The translations under genes were made by a program, and so were the position numbers. The notes beneath the pieces were generated by a model. The model was not told the origin of the DNA. It did not search any database and worked only from the letters and a program-made list of their open reading frames with translations. A stretch of DNA of 64,000 nucleotides. Source: Alphaproteobacteria bacterium (lineage in GTDB: Bacteria; Pseudomonadota; Alphaproteobacteria; Rhodobacterales; Rhodobacteraceae). Numbering within the stretch: the stretch's first letter is position 1; each line of letters opens with the position of its first letter. The stretch spans positions 114,507-178,506 of the forward strand of contig JARFTV010000002.1 of assembly GCA_029289325.1 (NCBI GenBank), written 5' to 3'. Positions 8,514 to 17,887 of the stretch are shown in pieces.

Positions 8514-9485
8514 ATGAAGGTTATCAAGACTCTCGCGCTTGGCGCGGGGCTGGCCGGCCTGTTGCTGTCGACAGCCCATGCCGAGGGCCTGCAAGGCAAG
8601 GTCATCGGATTTTCACAGATCGGGTCCGAATCCGGCTGGCGTGCGGCCGAGACCAGCGTGACCAAGCAGGTCGCCGCCGAACGCGGCGTGGACCTGAAAT
8701 TCGCCGATGCGCAGCAGAAGCAGGAAAATCAGATCAAGGCGATCCGCGGCTTCATCGCGCAAGGCGTGGATGCGATCCTTGTCGCGCCGGTCGTCGCCAC
8801 CGGCTGGGAGGAAGTCCTGACCGAGGCCAAGGAAGCCAGCATCCCCGTCGTGCTTCTGGACCGCGGGATCGAGGGGCCGGAGGATCTTTATCTGACCTCT
8901 GTCGCCTCGGACCAGGTGAAGGAAGGCCGCGTGGCGGGCGAATGGCTGGTCGGCACGGTCGGGGACCAGACCTGCAACATCGTGGAACTGCAGGGCACCG
9001 TCGGCTCCTCGCCCGCGATCAACCGGAAACAGGGCTTCGAGGAAGCCATCGCCGGCCATGCCAACCTGTCGATCATCCGCAGCCAGACCGGCGACTTCAC
9101 CCGGTCGAAGGGCAAGGAAGTGATGGAGGGCTTCCTCAAGGCCGAGGGCGGCGGGGCGAACATCTGCGCGGTCTATGCCCATAACGACGACATGGCGGTG
9201 GGTGCGATCCAGGCGATCAAGGACGCAGGCCTGAAGCCGGGCTCGGACATCCTTGTCGTGTCGATCGACGCGGTGCCCGACATCTTCTCGGCCATGGTCG
9301 CCGGTGAGGCGAATGCGACGGTGGAACTGACGCCCAACATGGCCGGCCCCGCCTTCGACGCGCTGCAGGCCTATTGGGACACCGGTGCCGAGCCGGAGAA
9401 GTTCATCATCACCGAATCGAAGCTTTACACCCCGGCGGATGATCCGCAGGGCGAATACGACCGCCGCAAAGGCCTTGGCTACTAG
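8514..9485 (+). CDS. ytfQ: Periplasmic sugar-binding protein of an ABC transporter (YtfQ-like, galactofuranose/arabinofuranose type)
   Basis: 323 aa with a signal peptide. Long near-identical blocks to E. coli YtfQ as I remember it (GFSQIGSESGWRAAET, QQKQENQIKAIR, GDFTRSKGKEVME, ELTPNMAGPAFDAL). Confidence 0.9.
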   Translation: MKVIKTLALGAGLAGLLLSTAHAEGLQGKVIGFSQIGSESGWRAAETSVTKQVAAERGVDLKFADAQQKQENQIKAIRGFIAQGVDAILVAPVVATGWEEVLTEAKEASIPVVLLDRGIEGPEDLYLTSVASDQVKEGRVAGEWLVGTVGDQTCNIVELQGTVGSSPAINRKQGFEEAIAGHANLSIIRSQTGDFTRSKGKEVMEGFLKAEGGGANICAVYAHNDDMAVGAIQAIKDAGLKPGSDILVVSIDAVPDIFSAMVAGEANATVELTPNMAGPAFDALQAYWDTGAEPEKFIITESKLYTPADDPQGEYDRRKGLGY

Positions 9486-9590
9486 GTTTCCTCGCCAAGG
9501 TGCCGCCGGGCGGGGCTACTGGGGCCCGCCCGGCGGAATTGCTTTATCCGCAGGATAGGCGGACAGTCGACGGAACGGTGGGAGGCAGGC

Positions 9591-11102
9591 ATGACGGAAC
9601 GGCCGGTTCTTGAAGCGCGCGGGATCGTCAAGGTCTTCGGCCAGCACCGCGCGCTTGAGGCGGTGGATTTCACCGCCCATCCGGGGGAGGTCCACGCGCT
9701 TCTGGGCGAGAACGGCGCCGGGAAGTCGACGCTGATCAAGATCCTGACCGGCGCCTATCAGCCCGACGGCGGCGAGCTGCTGCTTGAGGGGCAGCCCATC
9801 ACCCTGCGCGACCCGCTGCATGGGCAAAGCTACGGGATCGGGACCGTCTATCAGGAGGTGAACCTTCTGCCAAACCGCTCGGTCGCCGAGAACCTGTTCC
9901 TCGGTCGCCAGCCGACCCGCCTTGGTCTTGTCGACCGCAAGCGCATCGACGCCCAGGCGCGCGAGCTTCTTTCGCGCTATGGGCTCGACATCGACGTCCG
10001 GGCCGAGCTTTCCGAATATTCCGTCGCCGTCCAGCAGATCGTCGCCATCGCCCGCGCGGTCGAGCTTTCGGGCAAGGTCCTTGTGCTGGACGAACCCACC
10101 GCCAGCCTTGACCGCAACGAGGTCCAGCGCCTGTTCGATGTGGTCCGCGCGCTGAAGGCCAAGGGGCTGGCGATCATCTTCATCACCCATTTCCTCGACC
10201 AGGTCTTCGACCTTGCCGACCGGGTGACGATCCTTCGCAACGGCAAACGCGTGACCACCCAGGCGCTTGACACGCTGAACACCACCGATGTCGTGCGCAT
10301 GATGCTGGGCAAGGACGTCACCTTCGAACACCACCCCTCTGCCCTTGCAGGGGGGCCGAAGGGTGCGGTGAAGGTCCGGTTTCAGGGTCTGGGCCGCAAG
10401 GGGATGCCCGCCTTCGACCTTGCCGTCCATGAGGGCGAAGTCGTGGGCGTCGCGGGCCTTCTCGGCTCGGGCCGCACGGAAGTGGCCCGGCTGATGTTCG
10501 GCGTCGATGGAGCCGACACCGGCGAGGTCTTCGTCGACGGCCAGCCCGTCTCGATCCGCAACCCCGCCCAGGCCGTCGCCGCCGGTTTCGGCTTCTGCCC
10601 CGAGGACCGGAAGCTCGACGGCATCTTCGGCGACCTTTCCGTGCGTGAAAACATCATCATCGCGCTGCAGGCCAAGCTTGGCTGGTTCAAGGCCCTGAAC
10701 CGCGAGGATCAGGTGGAACTCGCCGGCCGCTATGCCGAGGCGCTGGACATCCGCGCCGCCGACCACGACATGCCGGTCAAGCTCCTCTCCGGCGGCAACC
10801 AGCAGAAGGTCATCCTCGCCCGCTGGCTGGCCATCGACCCGACCTTCCTGATCCTGGATGAGCCCACCCGCGGCATCGACGTCGGCGCCCATGCCGAGAT
10901 CGTCCGTACCATCAACCGCCTGCGCGAAGAGGGCCTTGCGCTCTTTGTCATCTCCTCCGAACTGGACGAGGTCGTCGCCTATTCCAACCGCATCGTCGTC
11001 ATGCGCGACCGCGAGATGGTGGCGGAACTCGACGGAGACGCCATCGCCCCCGACGCCATCGTCCAGGCCATCGCCGGAACCCCAGAAGAGGCCCGCCCGT
11101 GA
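9591..11102 (+). CDS. ytfR: Sugar ABC transporter ATP-binding protein (two fused ABC domains)
   Basis: 503 aa. Walker A GENGAGKST, LSGGNQQK signature and duplicated ATPase cassettes. Synteny with the ytfQ-like gene. Confidence 0.9.
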   Translation: MTERPVLEARGIVKVFGQHRALEAVDFTAHPGEVHALLGENGAGKSTLIKILTGAYQPDGGELLLEGQPITLRDPLHGQSYGIGTVYQEVNLLPNRSVAENLFLGRQPTRLGLVDRKRIDAQARELLSRYGLDIDVRAELSEYSVAVQQIVAIARAVELSGKVLVLDEPTASLDRNEVQRLFDVVRALKAKGLAIIFITHFLDQVFDLADRVTILRNGKRVTTQALDTLNTTDVVRMMLGKDVTFEHHPSALAGGPKGAVKVRFQGLGRKGMPAFDLAVHEGEVVGVAGLLGSGRTEVARLMFGVDGADTGEVFVDGQPVSIRNPAQAVAAGFGFCPEDRKLDGIFGDLSVRENIIIALQAKLGWFKALNREDQVELAGRYAEALDIRAADHDMPVKLLSGGNQQKVILARWLAIDPTFLILDEPTRGIDVGAHAEIVRTINRLREEGLALFVISSELDEVVAYSNRIVVMRDREMVAELDGDAIAPDAIVQAIAGTPEEARP

Positions 11103-12139
11103 CCCGCCCCACCGTCGACCTTCGCCCCACGACGCAGCCCCCCTTTCCGCGACCAAGGCCCCTGGCCACCTTCTTCACCCGCCCGCAGGTCATCGCGCTG
11201 GCCGCCGTCCTGTTCGTCAACTGGCTTCTCTTTCCCGGCTTCTTCTCGGTCACCTGGCAGGACGGCCGCTTCTTCGGCAGCCTCATCGATGTGCTGAACC
11301 GGGGCGCGCCGGTGGCCATCCTTGCCATCGGCATGACCATGGTCATCGCGACCAAGGGCGTTGACCTGTCGGTCGGCGCGGTCATGGCGATCAGCGGAGC
11401 GACCGCCGCCACCCTTGTCACCTCGGGCATTCCCGCGCCGATCGCCGTCGCCGCCGCGCTTGGGACCGGCCTTCTCTGCGGGCTCTGGAACGGCATCCTT
11501 GTCACGTTGCTGGAAATCCAGCCGATCATCGCCACGCTGGTCCTGATGGTCGCGGGGCGCGGCCTCGCCCAGCTGATCACCGAAGGGTATATCGTCACCT
11601 TCTCCGATCCCCTGCTGATCTTCATCGGCACCGGCTCGTTCCTCGGCTTCCCGATGCCGGTGATCATCGCAGCCACCCTGATGATCGCCGCCACGCTGAG
11701 CGTGCGCCGCACCGCGCTTGGCCTGTTGATCGAGGCGGTGGGCGTCAACCGCTCGGCCGCGCGGTTCGCGGGCCTGAAGGCGGGGGCGCTCCTCCTGATC
11801 GTCTACAGTTTCGCGGGCTTCTGCGCGGCCGTCTCGGGCCTGATCGTCGCCGGGGATATCCGCGGCGCCGACGCCAACAACGCCGGGCTCTGGCTGGAGC
11901 TGGACGCGATCCTTGCCGTCGTCATCGGCGGCACCTCGCTGATGGGGGGGCGGTTCTCGATCCCGATGGCGGTCCTTGGCGCGATGATCATCCAGGCGAT
12001 GAACACGGGCATCCTGATCTCGGGCTTCTCGCCCCAGTTCAATCTGGTGGTCAAATCGGCGGTGATCATCGTGATCCTTGTCCTGCAATCCCCGCTGTCC
12101 GCCCGCCTTTTCCGCCGCCTGCCCGGAGCCCCGAAATGA
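11099..12139 (+). CDS. ytfT: Sugar ABC transporter permease
   Basis: 346-aa polytopic protein of the BPD_transp_2 type. Start overlaps the upstream stop. Confidence 0.85.
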   Translation: MTRPTVDLRPTTQPPFPRPRPLATFFTRPQVIALAAVLFVNWLLFPGFFSVTWQDGRFFGSLIDVLNRGAPVAILAIGMTMVIATKGVDLSVGAVMAISGATAATLVTSGIPAPIAVAAALGTGLLCGLWNGILVTLLEIQPIIATLVLMVAGRGLAQLITEGYIVTFSDPLLIFIGTGSFLGFPMPVIIAATLMIAATLSVRRTALGLLIEAVGVNRSAARFAGLKAGALLLIVYSFAGFCAAVSGLIVAGDIRGADANNAGLWLELDAILAVVIGGTSLMGGRFSIPMAVLGAMIIQAMNTGILISGFSPQFNLVVKSAVIIVILVLQSPLSARLFRRLPGAPK

Positions 12140-13095
12140 CCCGCAGCCTGCGGCCGCTGATGGCCACCGCCCTGATCTTCCTGTTCGCCTACATGCTGGC
12201 CGTGTCACAGCAACCGGCGATGCTATCGACCAGGGTTCTCGGCAACTTCCTCACGGACAACGCCTTTCTGGGCATCGCCGCCGTGGGCATGACCTTCGTC
12301 ATCCTCTCGGGCGGCATCGACCTGAGCGTCGGCGCGGTGATCGGCTTCACCACCGTCCTTGTCGCCGTCTTGATCATGTGGCTTCAGCTGCACCCGCTGA
12401 TCGCCTTTGCCATCGCCCTGATCGTCGCCACCGCCTTCGGGGCGATCATGGGGGCCGCGATCCACTATCTGAAGGTGCCAAGTTTCATCGTCACCCTTGC
12501 CGGGATGTTCCTCGCGCGGGGCGGGGCCTCGGTCCTGTCGCCGGACAGCATCGGGATCCAGCACGACTTCTATGCGACGGTGCAGAAGAGTTACATCCTG
12601 CTGCCCGGCGGCGGGCGGCTGACCGTGGTGGGTATCATCATGCTGGTGGTCTTCGCGCTGGCGATCCTTCTGGCCCACCGCACCCGCTTTGGCTCCAACG
12701 TCTATGCGCTTGGCGGGTCCGAGACCTCGGCCGCGCTGATGGGGGTGCCGGTCGCCCGGACCACGATCTCGATCTATGCGCTGTCCTCCTTCCTCGCCGG
12801 TCTGGCCGGGGTGGTCTTCTCGCTTTACACCTCGGCCGGCTATTCGCTGAACGCGCTGGGGGTGGAGCTTGACGCGATCGCTGCCGTCGTCATCGGCGGC
12901 ACGCTTCTGACCGGCGGCTACGGCTTTGTCGCGGGCACCTTCATCGGCGTGATGCTGCAGGGATTGGTGCAAACCTACATCGTCTTTGACGGCACGCTCT
13001 CAAGCTGGTGGACCAAGATTGTCGTCGGCGTGCTTTTGTTTATGTTCATCGTGCTGCAACGGCTCGTCTTCCGGGCCGGGCCGCGACGAACCTGA
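12136..13095 (+). CDS. yjfF: Sugar ABC transporter permease
   Basis: 319-aa polytopic protein, paralogous to the preceding permease. Overlapping start/stop. Confidence 0.85.
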   Translation: MTRSLRPLMATALIFLFAYMLAVSQQPAMLSTRVLGNFLTDNAFLGIAAVGMTFVILSGGIDLSVGAVIGFTTVLVAVLIMWLQLHPLIAFAIALIVATAFGAIMGAAIHYLKVPSFIVTLAGMFLARGGASVLSPDSIGIQHDFYATVQKSYILLPGGGRLTVVGIIMLVVFALAILLAHRTRFGSNVYALGGSETSAALMGVPVARTTISIYALSSFLAGLAGVVFSLYTSAGYSLNALGVELDAIAAVVIGGTLLTGGYGFVAGTFIGVMLQGLVQTYIVFDGTLSSWWTKIVVGVLLFMFIVLQRLVFRAGPRRT

Positions 13096-13114
13096 AGGCC
13101 GTGGACAGGATGAA

Positions 13115-13867
13115 ATGAGCGAACCCGGGAGCCTGATCCGAACGCTCTCCGGGCGTCCCGCGGCGCGGAACTACCATTCCTACGTCATCAACGAGGTCGG
13201 CCGCGCCATCGTTTCGGGCGCCATGCCGGTCGGCTCCAGCCTGCCGGGCGATGCCGAGATGATGGACCGTTTCGGCGTCTCGCGCACCGTCCTGCGTGAG
13301 GCGCTGAAGACGCTGGAGGCCAAGGGGCTGGTCGAGGCCCGCGCAAAGGTCGGGACCCGCGTCCTGCCGCAATCGCGCTGGAACCTGTTTGACCGACAGG
13401 TGCTGGCCTGGAAGCTGGAAAGCGGCCCCTCGCCCGGCTTTCTTGCCGCCTTCCAGACGGTTCGGGCCAGCCTCGAGGACCAGTCGGCCCAACTTGCGGC
13501 CCGCCACCGCGAGGCGGAACATGTGCGGCTGCTGCACTATTGGCTGAACCAGCGCGCCGTGATGGCGCATCAGCCCGAGCCTTTCGCGATGGCGGAATTC
13601 GAGATCCACCGCGTGCTGGCCGAAGCCTCGGGCAATCCCTTCCTGCGGGCGGCGACGGCGATGATGGAATTCGGCGTGGCGGTCGCGGTCAAGGCGCGGC
13701 TTCAGGGCGAGCAGGAGGCTCCGCCAGGCGGCCTTGCCGAAGCCCTGGCCCCGCTTTACGAGGCGCTGGTCCAGGCGGTGGAACGGGGTGACGCCGAGGC
13801 CGCAGCCGAGGCGATGGCGCGGCTGGTGGACCTGCCCGCGGACGAAAGCACGGTAAACGCACCGTAA
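13115..13867 (+). CDS. GntR-family (FadR subfamily) transcriptional regulator
   Basis: ORF from 12986, but the ATG at 13115 (MSEPGSL) begins just after the yjfF-like stop. HTH region FGVSRTVLREALKTLEAKGLV, plus an all-helical FCD-type C-terminal domain. Confidence 0.8.
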   Translation: MSEPGSLIRTLSGRPAARNYHSYVINEVGRAIVSGAMPVGSSLPGDAEMMDRFGVSRTVLREALKTLEAKGLVEARAKVGTRVLPQSRWNLFDRQVLAWKLESGPSPGFLAAFQTVRASLEDQSAQLAARHREAEHVRLLHYWLNQRAVMAHQPEPFAMAEFEIHRVLAEASGNPFLRAATAMMEFGVAVAVKARLQGEQEAPPGGLAEALAPLYEALVQAVERGDAEAAAEAMARLVDLPADESTVNAP

Positions 13868-13947
13868 ACGTCCACGGGCAAGTCGTTGATTTCCCGAAGG
13901 CTCGCCCGGCTGTCCAGCGTGGACAACCGGGGTCGCGACGCGGGGGC

Positions 13948-15036
13948 TTAGCGGTAGGGATAGCCCGCCTTTTCCATCGTGTCGGCGTATTTCTTGAACG
14001 CCTCCACCACCTTGGCCGAGCGCGGCGAGGAGGCAGCCACCTCGTCCCAGAAGCCCTCGGCATCCTTGACGACCTGCGCCCATTCCTCGTCCGGGAGCGA
14101 GGTCAGCTCCATCTTCTCGCCCTCGACCCGAAGCTTCGCCTCGCCACCCCAGTACCAGACCTGCCGGTAGTAGTGGGACTGGTCGATCGTGATCTTGAAC
14201 AGCTCCTGCAGATGCGGGGGCACCTTCTCCCAGCTGGCCGTGTTGGCGAAGTAGGACCCGAACCACGCCCCGGTGACCGAGTTGGTAAGCGCGTATTTGC
14301 AGACATCGGCCCAGCCGACCTCATAGGCTTCGGTGAAGCCGCACCAGGCGACCCCGTCGATCTCGCCGGTCTGCATCGCGACCTCGACGTTATCCCACGG
14401 GATCGTCACCGGGATCAGGCCATAGCGGGCCAGGAAGCGGCCAGCGGTCGGCACCCCGAAGACGCGCAGGCCCTGCATGTCGGCGAGGCTGCGGATCGGC
14501 TTGTTGGTGGTGAAGATATGCAGCGGGTCCCAGGCGCCGGCCGACAGCCAGGTCACGCCCTGCACCTCGGAATAGGCTTCTTCCCAGATTTCCTTCAGCC
14601 CGTAGTACTGGAACAGCGCCGGTACATCGAGGCTGTAGCGGGTGGCGAAAGGGAAGTAGCCGCCGAAGACCGAGATATCGACCGGCGAGGCCATCGTCGC
14701 CTCATCCGACTGGACGGCGTCCAGCGTCCCGTTCTGCAGCGCGCGGAACAGGTCGGCGGTGGGGACCAGTTGGTCGGCGTAGTAAAGCTCGATCTCCATC
14801 TCGCCGTTCGCGGCGGCGTTGAAGGCGTCGATCTGCGGCTTGATCACATGCGCCCCCAGCGGCGCGCCGGAGTAGGTCTGGAGACGCCACTTGATCGGAC
14901 CCGACTGCGCGTTGACATAGGGCGCGGCGAGCGTGGCGCCTGCCGCAGCCCCGGCCCCAAGGACGGACTTGCGCAGGAAGTTCCGGCGCGAGGCGAGGAT
15001 CGCATCGGACGGACTTTGCGGTTTCTTGTCGGTCAT
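13948..15036 (-). CDS. TRAP transporter substrate-binding protein with twin-arginine signal
   Basis: 362 aa. Has a Tat-type leader (SRRNFLRKSVLGAGAAAGATLAAPYVNA). Last gene of the Q-M-P operon. Confidence 0.85.
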   Translation of the reverse strand: MTDKKPQSPSDAILASRRNFLRKSVLGAGAAAGATLAAPYVNAQSGPIKWRLQTYSGAPLGAHVIKPQIDAFNAAANGEMEIELYYADQLVPTADLFRALQNGTLDAVQSDEATMASPVDISVFGGYFPFATRYSLDVPALFQYYGLKEIWEEAYSEVQGVTWLSAGAWDPLHIFTTNKPIRSLADMQGLRVFGVPTAGRFLARYGLIPVTIPWDNVEVAMQTGEIDGVAWCGFTEAYEVGWADVCKYALTNSVTGAWFGSYFANTASWEKVPPHLQELFKITIDQSHYYRQVWYWGGEAKLRVEGEKMELTSLPDEEWAQVVKDAEGFWDEVAASSPRSAKVVEAFKKYADTMEKAGYPYR

Positions 15037-15088
15037 CGTCGTTCTCCTTGTTGGATGGGCCTCTCCGGGCCCTGGTGGAAATGGCAGG

Positions 15089-16426
15089 TCAGCCCCGCAC
15101 GTTCAGCTGCTCGGGCAGCCAGAGCGCGATCTGGGGAAACAACAGCAACAGCACAATGGTCAGCCCCATCATCGCCGCGAAGGGCCAGATGGACCGGTAG
15201 ATGTCGGGCAGCGTGATCTCCCGCGGCGCAAGCGAGCGCATGAGGAAGAGGTTATAGCCGAAAGGCGGCGTGATATAGGCAATCTGGCAGGTGATCGTGT
15301 AAAGCACGCCATACCAGATCAGCTGGTTGTCGAAGCCAAGGTCAAGGCTGGCGACCAGGGGGATGTAAAGCGGCGCGACGATCACCAGCATCGCGGTATC
15401 GTCCAGGAACATTCCCAGCAGCAGGAAGCTGAGCTGCATCATGATGATGACCGCCCAGGGGCTGAGGTGCAGCTGGCCGAGGAACAGATTCTCGATCGCC
15501 TTGACGGCGCCAAGCCCGTCGAACACCGCGCCGAAGGCCAGCGCCGCCAGGATCAGCCAGAGGAACATGCAGGAGACGGCAAGCGTCTTCATCGACGTCT
15601 CGCGGATCAGCCGCCAGGAGAAGCGCCCCTTCACCACCGCCGCAAGCGTGGCGCAGGTCGCCCCCACGGCCGAGCTTTCGACAAGGCTGGTGTAGCCAAA
15701 GACGAAGAGGCCGGTCATGAAAAAGAAGATGAGGAAGGGAATGATGCCCGCCCGCGCGAGGGCGAATTTCTGGGCGAAGGTCATGTTCAGCTCTTCCGCC
15801 GGGACCGGCGGGGCGAGCTTGGGGTTCAGCTTGGCGCGGATCACGATGTAAGTGATGAACATCGCGGCCATCATCAGCCCCGGCACCAGCCCCGCGAACC
15901 AGAGTTTCGACACAGGCTGGCGCGCGATCATCCCGTAAAGGACCAGCACGACCGAGGGCGGGATCAGGATGCCCAGGGACGAGCCGCCCTGCACCACACC
16001 CGAGATGAGCACCTTGTCATAGCCCCGCCGCAGCATCTCGGGCAGCGCGATGGTCGCGCCGATCGCCATGCCCGCGACGGACAGCCCGTTCATCGCCGAG
16101 ATGATCACCATGACAAGGATCGTGCCGACGGCCAGCCCCCCCGGCAGGCGGCCGAACCAGACATGCATCGCCTTGTACAGATCCTCGGCGATCCCGCTCT
16201 CGGCGAGGATGTAGCCCATGTAGATGAACATGGGCAGGGTCAGCATCGCGTACCAGTTGAACAGCTTGAACACCTGGTTGTAGGGCAGCTCGATCGCCCC
16301 GTTGCCGTAGAGGAGCAGCGCCGCCCCCGCGGCCACGAAACCGATGGCGGCAAAGACCCGCTGACCCGTGATCAGCAGCAGCGCCATGGTGGCGAACATC
16401 AGAAGCGCAATCATCTCGTAGGACAT
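15089..16426 (-). CDS. TRAP transporter large permease
   Basis: 445-aa polytopic protein. Directly abuts the small permease gene (16427). Confidence 0.9.
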   Translation of the reverse strand: MSYEMIALLMFATMALLLITGQRVFAAIGFVAAGAALLLYGNGAIELPYNQVFKLFNWYAMLTLPMFIYMGYILAESGIAEDLYKAMHVWFGRLPGGLAVGTILVMVIISAMNGLSVAGMAIGATIALPEMLRRGYDKVLISGVVQGGSSLGILIPPSVVLVLYGMIARQPVSKLWFAGLVPGLMMAAMFITYIVIRAKLNPKLAPPVPAEELNMTFAQKFALARAGIIPFLIFFFMTGLFVFGYTSLVESSAVGATCATLAAVVKGRFSWRLIRETSMKTLAVSCMFLWLILAALAFGAVFDGLGAVKAIENLFLGQLHLSPWAVIIMMQLSFLLLGMFLDDTAMLVIVAPLYIPLVASLDLGFDNQLIWYGVLYTITCQIAYITPPFGYNLFLMRSLAPREITLPDIYRSIWPFAAMMGLTIVLLLLFPQIALWLPEQLNVRG

Positions 16427-16936
16427 CTAGAGGCGCACTCCACGGATGGTCGCGATATGCTTGAAGACCAGGCTGAAGGCCTGAAGCAGCATGAGGACAA
16501 GACAGGTGGTCAAGAGCGACTTGATCGGAATGGTGGAAGGGTTCCACAACGAGAAGCGCCGTTCGTTGGTCGCGATCGCATATTCAAGCGACGAGATGGA
16601 GCCGATCAGCATCACCACGAGATAGAAGATCAGGCAACCGACGGTGAGAAGGTCCATCTTCGCCTTCCCGCGCTCGGACAGGTTGGCGTACCAGAGGTCC
16701 ATGCGCACATGCTGGTTGTTCTTCAGCGTGAAGGGCCCGCCCATGAAGTAATAGGCGGCCAGCGTGAACTGGGTCAGCTCGATCGCCCAGTGGACCGGCA
16801 TGTTGATCACGTTGCGGGTGAAGGCGTCGAACAGCAGCGTCCCGCCCATGAAGAAGATCAGCGAGGCGGCAAGATAGCCCACATAATCCGAGATGCGGTC
16901 GATCAGCCGCACGTAGACCTTGATCAGATGCGGCAT
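16427..16936 (-). CDS. TRAP transporter small permease
   Basis: 169 aa with four hydrophobic segments. Confidence 0.85.
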   Translation of the reverse strand: MPHLIKVYVRLIDRISDYVGYLAASLIFFMGGTLLFDAFTRNVINMPVHWAIELTQFTLAAYYFMGGPFTLKNNQHVRMDLWYANLSERGKAKMDLLTVGCLIFYLVVMLIGSISSLEYAIATNERRFSLWNPSTIPIKSLLTTCLVLMLLQAFSLVFKHIATIRGVRL

Positions 16937-16958
16937 GGTCTGCCCATCCGTTGTGCCG

Positions 16959-17717
16959 TCATGTCCAAAGTTCCACTCCCTTGTCGCGCAGGGCCTCTCT
17001 GTGCGCCTTGTCGAGGTTGTCGTCGCTGATGACGAGGTCGATCTCCTCGGTCGCGCAGACTGCGTAGGCCGCCTGCCGACCGAACTTGCTGGCGTCGGCC
17101 AGCACGGTCAAGGTGCGGGCGTTGCGCATCATGGCTCGGGCGATCTGCGCTTCTTCCAGACTTGCGTCCATCGCGCCAAGCTCGGGGTCCAGCGCGGCGA
17201 CGGTCAGGATCGCCCGATCGGCGCGGAACCCCTGCAGCTGTTCCACGACCGCCGCCCCCGTGGTCTGGGCATTGTCCGCGCCATAGCGGCCGCCCAGCAG
17301 GTGGATGGTGGCATCCGTCCCTGCCCGCGCGATGCGTTCGGCGAGGCGGCAGGAATTGGTGATGATGGTCAGGTTCGGCACCGAAGCCAGCGAATCCGAC
17401 GCGGCGAGGGTCGTCGAGCCGGTGTCGACGAAGACGGTCTCCCCCGCTTCCAGCGCGCTGGCGAGGCGGCGACCGATGGCGGCCTTGGCCTCGGTCGCGG
17501 TCGTTTCGCGCTGGGTGTGGCTGGGCTCCTGGATCAGTCGGGGCCGCCGCGCGCCGCCATGCACCTTCTGCACCCGGCCGCGTTCGGCCAGCTGGCCGAT
17601 GTCGCGGCGCACGGTTTCGGGCGAGACTTCGAAACGCTGCGAAAGCGCCTCGACCGAGGCTTCGCCCTCGCGTCTGATGATGGCCTCGATCTGCGATTGT
17701 CTTTCGTGCGGCTTCAT
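16959..17717 (-). CDS. DeoR-family transcriptional regulator (GlpR-like)
   Basis: 252 aa. N-terminal HTH (VEALSQRFEVSPETVRRDIGQL) and a DeoR C-terminal sugar-phosphate sensor domain. Confidence 0.85.
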   Translation of the reverse strand: MKPHERQSQIEAIIRREGEASVEALSQRFEVSPETVRRDIGQLAERGRVQKVHGGARRPRLIQEPSHTQRETTATEAKAAIGRRLASALEAGETVFVDTGSTTLAASDSLASVPNLTIITNSCRLAERIARAGTDATIHLLGGRYGADNAQTTGAAVVEQLQGFRADRAILTVAALDPELGAMDASLEEAQIARAMMRNARTLTVLADASKFGRQAAYAVCATEEIDLVISDDNLDKAHREALRDKGVELWT

Positions 17718-17757
17718 CCTTCACCCCGCCTGCCAGCCGACACGGGGCCGCGCCGTT

Positions 17758-17851
17758 GGTCAACTGTTTTCTTGCTCCCCTGACCGAACAAACGATTTCC
17801 ACAGGTCAACTGGCGGGATTCGCGGCAGTCAGCTTGACAAGAATGACCGAA
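17758..17851. promoter_or_regulatory. Repeated motifs in the divergent control region (GGTCAACTG x2, TGACCGAA x2) with a TTGACA hexamer
   Basis: GGTCAACTG at 17758-17766 and 17804-17812. TGACCGAA at 17781-17788 and 17844-17851. TTGACA at 17834-17839. All lie between the DeoR regulator gene and the flavoprotein operon. Confidence 0.4.
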
Positions 17852-17887
17852 TAGTCAATTCCTGACAGAAACCACAAGGGGGCAGCC

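Noticed and set aside
14933-17029. 698-aa plus-strand ORF rich in His/Asp/Arg/Gln
   Set aside because: It is antisense to the TRAP small and large permease genes. Its composition mirrors the complement of hydrophobic membrane codons.
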